Assembly (NCBI RefSeq): GCF_006345805.1
Contig: NC_043005.1
Coordinates: forward strand, 101,494,001-101,558,000
Source of the DNA: Octopus sinensis
Taxonomy: Eukaryota
DNA length: 64,000 bases
Direction: 5' to 3'
Part shown: one piece after another, positions 13,582 to 26,219 of the stretch
Numbering within the stretch: the first letter of the stretch is position 1
Layout of the letters: every line of letters starts with the position of its first letter
Made by a program: the position numbers and the translations under genes
Notes under the pieces: model-generated
The model's database searches: none
What the model was told of the DNA's origin: nothing
Seen by the model: the letters and a program-made list of their open reading frames with translations, nothing else

Positions 13582-13964
13582 CATACATACAATATATATA
13601 TATATATATATACATACATACATACAATATATATATATATATATATATATTATATACATACATACATACAATATATATATATATTTACAAAAAACATACA
13701 ATATATACATATATGTATATACAATATATATACATATTCCTGCAATATATATGCACATATATACCTGCAATATATATGCACGTATTCACATACATTATAT
13801 ATACACATATACACATACATTATATATATAAATACATACAATATATACAAATACATATAATATATACAAATACATATAATATATACAAATACATACAATA
13901 TATATATATATACACACATAATATAATACATACACACATATATATATATGTATATATAAATACA

Positions 13965-14175
13965 CAAACAACAGGAGAAACAAAAGGAAAACAAGTAACA
14001 CAGAGAACGACCCTTCATGAATTATCGGCCGTCTACCAAGTTCTCATTTCACGCATTCAATGCCAATCTGAGTATAGAAAGACAGTTGCTCTCATAAAGG
14101 AGAAATTAAAATTTAGGTTTGGTGGAGAGTCAAAGTTTGGAGCAGAAACAGGAGAGTGGAGACATACAAACTGAA
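13965..14175 (-). mobile_element. Decayed interspersed repeat, probable PLE terminal repeat (copy 2 of 9745-9960)
   Basis: See 9745-9960. This copy retains GAAA...GTA-GAC on the minus strand (14031-14050). Confidence 0.5.
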
Positions 14176-14419
14176 CAATAGCAAACATTGGAGGGCGGTT
14201 GGAAGAGAAGTAGAGGAATAGAGTGAAGGCTGGAATTGGTATTTTCTTTGAAAAGAGAAAAGATAAGAGAGAGAGAGAGATGGAGAGAGAGAAAGAGAGA
14301 GAAAACGTCCAGTCATTAGAACGTGGGGCAGGAAAAGAAAGATGGATATACACGTTCAATATACATTTATACAATATATATATACACAAAATACATATAA
14401 ATACAATACACACACACAC

Positions 14420-14450
<31 letters not shown>

Positions 14451-14534
14451 TAAAACCGTCCAACCCATGCTAGCATGGAAAGCGGACACTAGACGATGAT
14501 GATGATGATATACACACACATACGATATAGTATG

Positions 14535-14571
<37 letters not shown>

Positions 14572-14868
14572 ATATATATACACACATATACAATATATGT
14601 ATAGATATATATATATGCATACAATATATGTATAGATATATATATATATATACAATATATACATATGTATCACACATTATATATATATATATATATATAA
14701 ATATACATACACAATATATATATATATATATATTACATACATTCATACACAATATATATATACACTATATATATATATGCAATATATATATACATGCAAA
14801 CTATATTTATATACACAATGTATAAATATATACACACAACAAAACTATATATACACATATAAATATAC

Positions 14869-14904
<36 letters not shown>

Positions 14905-15097
14905 GTATATATATATATAAATTTACATGTATATATATATATGGACACATATATAAATATATATGGACACACATATATAAATATATATGGACACACATAT
15001 ACATATACATATATATATATATACACACAATATATATAAATATATATATACACACACACACATACACACGCAATATATATATATATATATATATATA

Positions 15098-16344
15098 CAG
15101 GGTGTCCTCAAAAATTGTATACACACTTTAGCAGCTGATAACTCAATGGTTTTTCATTTCAGAGAAAACCCATTGGAATTAATGATGGGAGTGAGACAAA
15201 GCTTTGAACGAAGGATATTCATTATAAAATTTGAAGTGCAAAGACTGTTTAAGAGGGAGTTTCAAACAAATCCATCCACCTGACCTACCATCACTTGAAT
15301 TCGAGGCAAGTTCGAAGCTGATGGAACTGTTTGGAATGTCCACAAGAAGAATTCTGGAAGACCATGAAATCGACAATCCTCATAAAGCAAGAAGGAATGC
15401 CGGAAACATATCACCAATGTCCAAGAAAATCTGTGCGACTAGCAAGTTGTGAGGTAGGTAGGTATTTGAAAATTGTCTGTTCCAATGCATTTTGAAGGAT
15501 TGTCAATGGAAAAGTTACATTCTAAGATTAGTCCATGCTATTAGTGATGATAATCCAGACCAAAGAGTACAGTATTGCGAGTGGGACGTGGAATCATGTG
15601 TAGAAGATGTACACTTTCCAACAAAGATAGTGTGGAGTGATAAGGCCACATTCAAATTAAATGGTTCAATTAACCGCCACAATTGCTCCTACTAGGGACA
15701 TGAGAATCCGCATGTTATGGTGGGACACCATGTTAATTTACCAGGATGCACAGTGTGGTGTGGCTTATCATCAAGAGGGTTAATTGGACCACTTTTTTAA
15801 ATGCTACTTTGACTTGTCGTGTTTACTTCAACTTGCTGCAACAAGCTATTACTCCAACCACTTGAGAAAACTTAGAAGATGAGGTGCTACATTTTCAGCA
15901 AGATATGGCACCCCAACACTACCATCATGATGTTAGCTCCTTCCTTGATAAGGTCTTGCTAAACAAGTTGATTGAACGAAAGGGCTTCATTGAATACCCT
16001 CCACATTCACCAGACCTCACACCACTAGACTCTTTTTTTTTTATGGGGATACCTAAAAGACAAAGTCTACGCTATAAAAACTACAACAGTCACTGATTTA
16101 AGAGCAGCAATTGAATGAGAATGCAATACAAATACCAAATGAAATGTTTCATCATGTCTATGATTCCATTGCTTTGTATTGTCAACAGTGCCTGAACCAG
16201 AACGGATGTCTGTTTGAAAACTGGGATTGAAAAAACACTAAGATAATGTTTGCAGATTCTATTAAATTTTGAAAATGAAATGTATCTTAACAAACACTTA
16301 CATTACAATTATTTAAATTGTGTATACATTTTTGGGACACCTTG
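15098..16344 (+). mobile_element. Full-length, decayed Tc1/mariner transposon, DD41D (rosa/VS-type) transposase pseudogene
   Basis: TIRs cagggtgtcctcaaaaattgtataca / tgtatacatttttgggacaccttg, each flanked by TA. Broken frames give EVQRLFKREFQTNP..., [20 protein letters not shown] and FQQDMAPQHY...YPPHSPDLTPLD, with 41 residues between the 2nd and 3rd catalytic D. Confidence 0.9.
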
Positions 16345-16657
16345 TATATATATATATATATAATATATATATATTATATATATATATATATATAATATAT
16401 AACACACACACACACAATATATAATATTAAGTATGTTTTGAAATGTATGGGCTATTTACGAACTGCTCATAAAGAGTCAATGCAAAAACATACTGAGTAC
16501 AGAAAACTGAAAAAGCAAATCAGAGGCAAAGAGATTCCCGAATGAATAATGGAAAATATTTTCATTTATGCATTTGGAAATCTCTTTTACAGCTGACAGT
16601 TTACGATTTCAATTTTCTTTACGGTGTAATTTTGTATAAACACACACACACACACAC

Positions 16658-16694
<37 letters not shown>

Positions 16695-16699
16695 CAATG

Positions 16700-17115
16700 C
16701 GCCTGTGTGTGAAGCTTGCTTTCCAGCTACATGGCGATGGGCTCAGTCCATCTGATTGGCACCATTGGCAAGTGTCTCCTACTACAGATTCAGGCCGATA
16801 AAAGCCTTGTGAGTGGATCTGAGAGATGGAAACTGGAAGAAGCCCACCTTGATTATATACATGTGTGTGTGTGTGTGTATGTGTGTGTATATATATATAT
16901 ATATTATATATATATGTAATTTGTGTCTTTGTTTGACCCCCTTTCACTTGATAACTGATATTGGTGTGTTTATGTGAACGTCACTTAAAGGTTCAGCAAA
17001 AAGAGACTAATAGGATACGTAACTAGACTTACAAACTGTAAGTCCTGAGGATGATTTCTTTGACTAAAGGCGGTGCTCAGGCATAGCCACAGTGAGATCC
17101 CTGAAACAAGTAAAA
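16700..17115 (+). mobile_element. Composite SINE: S3 head + microsatellite + S2 tail (cttgacaaccgat...cggttcggcaaaagagac...tgactgaaacaagtaaaag), decayed
   Basis: Same head-microsatellite-tail layout as the younger copy at 53835-54235 (-). Confidence 0.7.
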
Positions 17116-17341
17116 GAATATGCACAATACACTCCTATATATGCAGCAGAAAGCATAAATGAATGCAGTGACATCACAATCTTGCTATGCAAGATGTCAG
17201 CTGAATGAATATGAAGGCAAGAAACTCAAAACAGTGCAGCAGTATCGAAATCCCTACTTCGACAAAAGCCAATCCCATAGAATTAGCCAATTAAAAAATG
17301 ATTACACAGGCAGCCTCAAAAGAATATATATAAACACAAGA

Positions 17342-17575
17342 AGCAAGCTGGCAGAAATATTAGCAAGCCAGGAGTAACGGTTGGCAGTATTTCGTCTGCC
17401 GCTACATTCTGAGTTCAAATTCTGCTGAGGTTGACTTTGCCTTTCATCCTTTAGGGGTCGATAAATTAAGTACCAGTTACTCACTGGAGTCGATGTAATC
17501 CACTTAATCCCTTTGTCTGTCCTTGTTTGTCCCCTCAATGTTTAGCCCCTTGTGGGCAATAAAGAAATAAGAATA
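17342..17575 (+). mobile_element. tRNA-derived SINE family S1 (ctgagttcaaattccgccgaggtcgactttgcctttcatcc...gggcaataaagaaataag)
   Basis: B-box GAGTTCAAATTC; near-identical copies at 36150-36335, 46527-46742 and 50212-50435 (-). Confidence 0.85.
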
Positions 17576-18207
17576 TATAAAGAAATAAGAATGTATATAA
17601 ACACACACACATTTATATATATATGAATATATATGCAATATATTTGTACATACAATATATATAAAATACACATATATATATACATCTATACACAATATAT
17701 ATACATTTATATATATATATATATATAATATACATATATAATATATATATATATATATATAATATACATATATAATATACATATCTATATATACAATATA
17801 CATATATATACACATGCATATATCAATACATATATATATATATAGATATACATATATATATTTATATGCAAATATAAATACACATATATATACACACACA
17901 CATATACATACATACATATATATACACACACATATACATACACACATATATGTTCATACATATGTATATATATATATATATATACATAAGTAAATATATA
18001 CACACATATATACATATAAACATACATGTATACATATGTACATATATATACCTATACACACAAATATATATTTGTACATATACACATATAAAAACATACA
18101 AATATGTATACATACCAATATACATGTATATATACATACATACATACATATATATATACATACATACATATACATACACACAAATATATATGAACACACA
18201 CACATAA

Positions 18208-18242
<35 letters not shown>

Positions 18243-18305
18243 CTCATATATATATACACATAAATATATACACACACACACATATATATATACACATATA
18301 TACAT

Positions 18306-18375
<70 letters not shown>

Positions 18376-18599
18376 GAATATAAAGTAAATTGAACAGCAA
18401 GAAAATAGACAACGCGAGAACGTGGAATAAGTACTCTGTTATTGGACGCTCAGGAAAGGAAAGAAAAGACGATTTCCCGTTTCGAACAGAGCTCTTCATC
18501 AGAAATATAGAAAATGTCCAAAGAAGGGAAGACGAGACTCATATATTATATATATATATATATACACATACATACATACATATGCATGTACATATATAC

Positions 18600-19140
18600 A
18601 TACATGTGTACATATATATATAAATATACGTGTACATATATATATAAATATACGTGTACATATATACATAAATATACGTGTACATATATACATAAATATA
18701 CGTGTACATATATACATAAATATACGTGTACATATAACATACATATACGTGTACATATATACATACATATGTGTATATAATACATACATATACGTGTACA
18801 TCTATACATACATATACGTGTACATATATACCTTTACATATACGTTTTACATATATACATACATATACGTGTACATATATACATAAATATACGTGTACAT
18901 ATATACATACATATACGTGTACATATATACATACATATACGTGTACATATATACATACATATACGTGTACATATATACATACATATACGTGTACATATAT
19001 ACATACATATACGTGTACATATATACATACATATACGTGTACATATATACATACATATATGTGTACATATATACATACATATACGTGTACATATATACAT
19101 ACATATACGTGTACATATATACATACATATACATGTATAT
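18600..19140. repeat. 24-bp minisatellite (tatatacatacatatacgtgtaca)n, about 20 units
   Basis: Seen directly; gives 8-aa periodic pseudo-ORFs (YTCTYIHT). Confidence 0.9.
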
Positions 19141-19160
19141 ATACAAACATATACATATAT

Positions 19161-19385
19161 ATGGGCTGTGACTGCTGAGGACATGCGTAGGCTTGAAAGA
19201 AATGAAGCTAGCATGATCCGCTGGATGTGTAATGTCAGTGTCCAAGCGCCCTGAGAGAAATGTTGGACATAAGAAGCATTGGATGCAGCATGCAGGAGAG
19301 ACGCTTGCGTTGGTATGGTCATGTACTACGGATGGATGAGGAGAGATGTGTGAAGAAGTGCCACTCCCAAACAGTTGAAGGAATC
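19161..19385 (+). mobile_element. RTE-clade (BovB-like) LINE ORF C-terminal fragment, cut by the scaffold gap
   Basis: [27 protein letters not shown] / LREMLDIRSIGCSMQERRLRWYGHVLRMDEERCVKK with one frameshift. Confidence 0.85.
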
Positions 19386-19485
19386 NNNNNNNNNNNNNNN
19401 NNNNNNNNNNNNNNNNNNNNNNNNNNNNNNNNNNNNNNNNNNNNNNNNNNNNNNNNNNNNNNNNNNNNNNNNNNNNNNNNNNNNN
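19386..19485. other. Assembly gap (100 N)
   Basis: Run of N. Confidence 1.
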
Positions 19486-20108
19486 GGAAGACAGGTTGAT
19501 ATCCGAAAGAGAGAAAAGACAAGCACTTGTCAAAGTCTGGGTGTTGTTGCCCTAGTAACCACAGCTTTTGAGATAGAGATTTCTAACCTAGTCCAGTTGT
19601 TTCCTCGCCTCATTTTACATGTCCCTGCAAATTTTCACCGCAATCCGAACACACCTACTGCCATTGAATCCTGCATAACCTCTAAATGAAATACGCAAAC
19701 ATACAACTTTCGGCCATTTCACTTTTATATAGAGAGATTATTTTAGTTCCATGGATATGTGCGAAAGTGGGGGCATTATAAAAGGTGTGTACATACTCAT
19801 GTATAGCAATGGATATAATATTTAGTTTAGAAACATTGATTAAGAAAAAAGGATAATTAAAATAGAAAAGGTTCTTTCAAATTGCTTGCGTACAAATATA
19901 TATTTATGCCAGTGTATGTAGGTTTGTGGGCTTATATTAGAAAATCTTTTGTGGGGATTTTGGTTGGAGCTTAACTTTTAGATTGTTTCTATAGTATTTG
20001 TTTAGTGTAAGGCAGTAAAAGTCTTTTGTGCATATATTAATGGGAATAATTTATAGTGTAGATTGAAGGAGAGACATTGGTGAGATATTACCATGTTTAG
20101 CCATTAGA

Positions 20109-20168
<60 letters not shown>

Positions 20169-20709
20169 ATCGACGAAATATATAAATATACATATATAAA
20201 AAAAGATATAAAATATATATTTAATATTATATATTAAATACGCACACACACACTCGCACACATATATCTGTAATACCTACACGTACCAAAACACACACAC
20301 ATAGGCACTCGTGCACATATTTGCGGTTATATATATTTTGTATCTGACATAGCCACTATTTATTTTTTTTCATACAACAGTCCTTTTGGAATATAATCAT
20401 AAATCTGATCACAACGCAAGAACAATAATTTACCACACGCCGTACGCTGAGCTCAATGCACAGATCAACACAGACACACACGCATGCACACATACGCACG
20501 CACGCTCGCACACATACATCAATATGCACGCATGCGCACACACACATCACACACGGTCTTACGTGCTACATAACATCCCACACTACATACATATCCACAT
20601 AGTGTATATAATACTCAATACATATATATTAGAACGCTTACACTAAGCATTTATTACGCACTACATCATATACTACAACACAGAACCTATGTTGTACACC
20701 ATAGTATAG

Positions 20710-20870
20710 GCACAGACATAGCTGGGAGGTAAGAAGTTTGCTTCCGAACCACATGGTTGCGGGGTCAGTCCCACTGCGTGGCAACTTGCTCAACTGTATT
20801 TTACTATAGCATTGGGCCGACCAAAGCTTTGTGAGTGGATTTGGTAGACGGAAACTGAAAGAAGCCCATT
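20710..20870 (+). mobile_element. SINE head family S3
   Basis: ggtaagaagtttgcttccgaaccacatggttgcggggtcagtcccactgcgtggc...gaaactgaaagaagccc. Confidence 0.8.
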
Positions 20871-20904
20871 GTGGTGTACACACACACACATACATACACA
20901 TATA

Positions 20905-21270
20905 CACTGTGTGACCTTGTGGTTAGGCTAGTGCTCTCTGTACTGACGATCTAGCGATCGCGGGTTCGATTCCGTTACTAAGCAGTGCATTGTTATCTTG
21001 AGCAAAACAGTTTTTTGACGTTGTTGCAGACCCCTTTTCGACCATGAGGTAATGTTGGCCTAACCCCCCCACTAGCCAGCAGGGTGGCATCATTTGAAAG
21101 CTAAAACAAGGCAAAAGTGCATTGTGACATATACATATATATATATAGTGACCGACCAAGCTATCAGATACCGTTACACATCGCTGGTCACAATGTGCTT
21201 TTGCCTTGTTTTAGCTTTCAAATGATGCTACCCTGCTGGCTAGGTGAGTAGGCTGACATTCCGCCCTGAT
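20905..21270. mobile_element. Two copies of one tRNA-headed SINE in inverted (tail-to-tail) arrangement
   Basis: B-box GGGTTCGATTCC near 20961; 57-bp inverted arms at 21072-21128 and 21187-21243; another family member at 48855-48962. Confidence 0.75.
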
Positions 21271-21489
21271 CGAAAATGAGTGGACAAACGAAAGAAGGGC
21301 ACTCAACACATTTATTAGGGGTTACATGTATGGATCAAGACAGTTTGATTTTAAATTCCGTGGCACTTAAAGTTTGAATTCAGCTGTTTTGATCCACACA
21401 CACACATATATACACACATATATATATACACACATATATACACACATATATACACACAAATACACACACGTATTTATTTTTGTGTGTGT

Positions 21490-21700
21490 CTCTGTTTTGG
21501 TGTTCGTTCCCTACTACCGCTTGACATCGAATGCTGGTTTGTTTACGTCTCCATAAGATAGAGGTTCGTCAAAGGAGACTGGTAAAATAAGTACTGGATT
21601 TAAACAAATAGTTATTGTGGTAGATTTGTTTGACTAAACCCTTCATGGCGGTGCTCCAGCAGGGTAGCTGAACAATGACTGACACAAGTAAAATAGAGGA
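21490..21700 (+). mobile_element. SINE tail family S2, decayed
   Basis: cgcttgacatcgaatgctgg...ggcggtgctccagcag...tgactgacacaagtaaaa. Confidence 0.7.
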
Positions 21701-21849
21701 TAAACATACTACAAATAGAGGATAAAATACATATTACATAAGTATTTTACAAGTGAAGGAAATCTCGAACGCATGAGAATAGCAATGATAACAGCTTAGA
21801 GGTACGGGTAAAATATCCTTATAGGCAGACAAAGTAAAAAGAAAAAAGT

Positions 21850-21935
21850 GCGCAGCGAGCTGCAGCTGAGAATCGAACAGTGTTCATCGAAATTCATCTT
21901 AGCGGTCTGTACCATTGAGCAAAACGACGCGGATA
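21850..21935 (-). other. tRNA-like remnant (pseudo-tRNA or SINE head)
   Basis: The minus strand reads ttgctcaatggtacagaccgc...ctgttcgattctcagc (A- and B-box-like). I cannot fold an intact cloverleaf. Confidence 0.4.
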
Positions 21936-23689
21936 GCCGAGGGTCTCTTTTATTGTAGTAAATGATAACTTTTGTAATGTGAGAACATTTTCATAAACAA
22001 ACATTAAAACACTGAGTGAGGGGTATTTTAGAAATGACACATATCGAACGCAGGAGGATAGCTGTGAATACAGCTTAGAAGATTGGGTAAAATACTCCTT
22101 ATAGACGGAAATAAGTGGCCAGCATGCCGCTACAACGAATCGGACTCTGTACTTCTCAAACTCCGACGGAAAACTACATAAGTATTGCATATTTATTACT
22201 CAATACACATGCGTTACAGCTCACCTCATTTATCATACAAAATACTCGAAACAAACTCAGCATCAAGTTAAGACTATGCCACATACAAACATTCACAAAT
22301 ACCCACCACCACCACCACCACCACTACACACAGCATTTGAATTATACAATACACCATACACTATGGTGTGATATGACTGGCACAGCAAGCGTGTTAAGGG
22401 TACAAAGTGTATTTTCTTCTATTTAGATGAAATATTAAATAAGTTTTGCTCGTTAAAATGTTCATTTGTCATTCTGACACACATTCGCACACATGCACAC
22501 TCACACATGTACGCACACAGATACACATACACCCAAAGAATTAATTTGGACAGTAGAAGCTTAACGTAATGAATATCAAAATATCTAGCTTGAAATACCA
22601 AGGTGGCGAAAAATAGAAGACTAATATAATATCAATATCGACAAGTACTGGAGATAACTTTGTGCATATTTCGCCCTTATTGGATCTCATTAGCAGCACT
22701 GTAGAAGTAGTGTAATTTGCGCATTAAAAATATACAGTAACAGCATAGATATGCCATCTCCATGGCTCTGCTCAGCCACGGTGATTGAAATAAGCTCGAA
22801 GTACGTCTGCTTTAAATTATCTATTTTGCTCTGGTTGAAATATATTCACCCCGTTTTCAAATGATTTTCATGTAGATAGTATCTCGAAGTATTTAGATAT
22901 GTTACTAAGAGTCCGAGATATAATGTCAAATAGCTACGAGTTAGAGGCAAAGAGAGTGACTCACTAAGACGTACAAGGTCAGCCAGTTAGCAGAAAAATA
23001 TCAAAACATGCAAGACTATTATTGCTGTGTTAATTCCGACGATGGAAACTTTCTTCGTTGTTGGAAACTAGCTCATTTTCTATAAGAAGAATTCAAATAA
23101 TTAATAGGGAAAGATAAAAACGGCTCCTCTATGTGTGTGTACACACATATATACGCGTGCACACATATATACACAAACGTACATACACACACACACGTAT
23201 ATATGCCTACCTACATACACGTATATTTATATGCATGCCTAGATACATGCATACATAGACACATAAATACATAAGACGAATAACACGCATTCCCCACGCA
23301 AATTTCTTTGCTTAATTTATTCCCTACAATGTAACAAACATGAATTATTCCTCAGTCAGAATTCCAAGACTCCAAAGAAATGAATATTATTTAATATTGA
23401 GCAAATAGAAAGAAACAGTAACGGAGCAAAGAAGAATATCTCTAATGATCAAGTATAATATAACAGAACACGTATGTGTGTGTGAGCGTGTGTGGGTGGT
23501 TTTAAAGAAGAACAGGAGAAAAATAGAAGAGAAAAACGGTAAAATAGGAATGAAAAGGAACATTGCCACGTGAGCACATTTTCTTATCTAATTACAAATC
23601 ATTATTCACACATCCGTACAAAAAGTATGAATGGCTAACGTTGGTCCTTGAAAACCTTACATCCATCTATCTATCTCTTGTCCCGACCC

Positions 23690-24722
23690 TACCATCACCA
23701 AACTACAACGCATCCTCTTTCGCTTCTTGTGGAAAGGATGCGTCCCGATGGTCAGGCGATCCATTTGCTGTCAACACCCGTTAAAAGGAGGGCTGGGCAT
23801 GCCGTGGTTGATGATGCGCAGACACGCGCTGAGACTGCGACATCTCTGGCTCTATGTAGACGACGGTGAACAGGTGTGGTCGCCGTTTGTGAGGCACGCT
23901 TTCCCGCAGCTCGTCTCCATGACCGAACTGCAGTCGTGGATCAAAAAGAGGCCGAGAAGGGCGAATGGCACCGCGAGTGTCGCGTTGCTCTCAAGCAACT
24001 CTGCCGTCCTGGGTCGACCTTAAGTGACTTCAACACAAAACCAAAGCATTCTATAGGGGTTTAGTGGAGGGGAGTACTACGACGAGATCGGGGCGAACCT
24101 GGACGTCGACGAGGAGTACCTGACCCGCCTGTTCGGGACGACTTTCGGGCCAGGGCCCATGGACAACTTCCAGAGATCCCTGGCCTGGCAGTGCTACCGA
24201 GAAGCGCTACCCGTTCGGGATAAGCTCTACAGACACGGCTCGAGAAACACGGGGCCGACCTGCCGAGATGCGGTCAGAGCGACGAAACCGTTCTGCACGC
24301 ACTCGTTCAGTGTCCAACAATTCCGACCTGTGGGCTATGTCGAACAACTGCTGTCACGTGTGGGACGAGTCGGTTATCAGCTGAGTCTATCGTCAATATT
24401 TTCACGCCTCCTTCCTTCAAACGGGAAGGAAGAGCTATTTTCATCATCCTGTGGCTATGGCGAAAGAATGTATCTGGGTGGACGCGTCTGAAAGGATTGG
24501 AGACAAACACTTTCCTCTCTCTGGTCAATCTCTCATCAACTTCTTCAAGTACCACTTGAAAAGGAAAGTGAGAGTAGAGAGGCAAGTTTTGTCTAGCGAA
24601 TGTTTTAAAAAAAGATGGGTGAATGTAGCAAGAATGGCACGTATGAATGACGAAGCCACCTTGAGCATAGTCCTATGAACCCAGAAATCGAAAACAGAGA
24701 GTTGCTTATTTGCAAAAAAAAA
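23690..24722 (+). mobile_element. 5'-truncated Tx1/L1-clade LINE (ORF2 C-terminus) with a poly(A) tail
   Basis: Frameshifted LQRILFRFLWKG..VRRSICCQHPLKGGLGMP and FQRSLAWQCYREALPVRDKLYRHG..GPTCxRC..DETVLHALVQC (zf-RVT-like), then AKECIW...FFKYHLKRKVRVER...KRWV..VL*, stop at 24678, then an A-run. GC-rich relative to the flanks. Confidence 0.88.
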
Positions 24723-24862
24723 AAAGATAAAAATAAAACTTTTACTTTGTTATTTTTATTTGCGGTTATACAATGGTTTCAAATTTCTTTTTCTAAAGAA
24801 ATTTGAAACCATGGTATAACCGCAAATAAAAATAACAAAGTAAAAGTTTTATTTTTATCTTT
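24723..24862. repeat. 140-bp near-perfect palindrome (68-bp arms, 4-nt loop)
   Basis: 24723-24790 is the reverse complement of 24795-24862 with one mismatch. Confidence 0.95.
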
Positions 24863-25092
24863 CATTTCCTTCGAAAATTGCTATTAAATCGTGGTTTTGG
24901 CCGTATTGGCTGCTTCTTCTAGCATGTAAAAGTTACCAGTTAAAAGGTAATTTTTTTTGTGCTTAAATGTATACTATTTTAAAATATGAATATGCTGTCT
25001 ATTGACTATTTATGCATGCTAGACCACTGGTGGTGATATTTATAACGAATATTCGCTACCCTATATATGTAGCTTATGTATATATATATATA

Positions 25093-25375
25093 TAGGGATT
25101 GGAGAAAATAATGGAAGCACCTAGCATCATAATCAACATAATTATGAAATATCTATAAAACCGTCAAAAGCTTGTTTATTTTTATGTTTTTGATTTATTA
25201 TTAGTGCTGCTTAATACGTTTTGCTAAAATTGCTGTTTGTTTTCTAATATCATCAGAAAAAGGTAATTAAAATTCATTTAAATGACAGATCTATCGGACT
25301 TTCAAACTGTTGGTGCCCGTATGGCACTCGCTAGCGTAGCGAAAACAGCCGAAATGTTTGGCGTATCAAGAAGTG
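25093..25375 (+). mobile_element. 5' fragment of a Tc1-like transposon
   Basis: TA-flanked TIR-like start tagggattggagaaaataatggaagcacc; MTDLSDFQTVGARMALASVAKTAEMFGVSRS resembles the Tc1 N-terminal HTH. Confidence 0.7.
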
Positions 25376-25754
25376 AGGAGGATGAAAGAGAAAGACAGAA
25401 ATAAAGAGAAGGTATTGTGACAAACTGACATAGAAGAATATCAGGATATGTTCAGGAAAGGAAAATATATCTATATTGGAACATACACATGTGTGTACTT
25501 GCGCGCCCTCACATACATACACACAGAAATACGCACACACACACACACACACACACGTAAATGCTCGTGCGAGCACACAAAGACTCACGCACACACACAC
25601 ATACTCACACAGACGCGCGCGCGCCCACTTGCTGGCAACAAAAAAGCAGTTCATCTGAAGTATTCTAAACAGAACAAACACCAACTAGAGACGGAGTTAT
25701 CTCAGCTACAAGCATATATATATATATATAATATTATATATATATATATATATA

Positions 25755-25796
<42 letters not shown>

Positions 25797-26219
25797 CGTA
25801 CGCGGACACACGCACACACATACACACACATATACGGAAGTAAGAGAATATCAAAGCTATATAGTATAATAGGTAATACAATAAGTACGTAGTATCTAAC
25901 TCCCGTCGTTAAGTGGAAGGATATATATCTTTTAGAAATAAGAGCTGGCTTCAGAGAGTGTAGTATCCAACTGATGTAAATATAATAGAAAAAAAACTAA
26001 AATATGAAGAGCTACGTTAAGCTAGGTTTCAAGTATCACTAACGCTGTGACTTCACATACAGTATATTGTACAAATGTACCTCATCTGTTCTGGTATGTA
26101 GGAGCAATGCATAGGAAAGCGAATGTAGTTGAGGAGAGGCTTGAAATAAGAGCTGATACCAATGATACAGATCCCTCCTCAGGGAGCATTAGTAAAATCT
26201 ATTTATCAGAAGAGAGAAA

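Larger units (their letters stand above)
11545..15097. repeat. Large field of imperfect (TA)n/(CA)n/(TACA)n microsatellite interrupted by short repeat fragments
   Basis: Seen directly; source of the many poly-YI/CV pseudo-ORFs. Confidence 0.95.

Noticed and set aside
16447-17377. Short protein-like frames (MGYLRTAHKESMQ..., MNAVTSQSCYARCQ...)
   Set aside because: No supporting splice sites; the second ends inside a SINE.
11425-19322. Dozens of YI/CV/HT-rich ORFs, also at 27-28, 37-38, 47 and 52-53 kb
   Set aside because: Translations of dinucleotide, tetranucleotide and 24-bp repeats.
23030-23090. CCGACGA...GAAACUAGCU hammerhead-like words
   Set aside because: Core mutated and stems unpaired.
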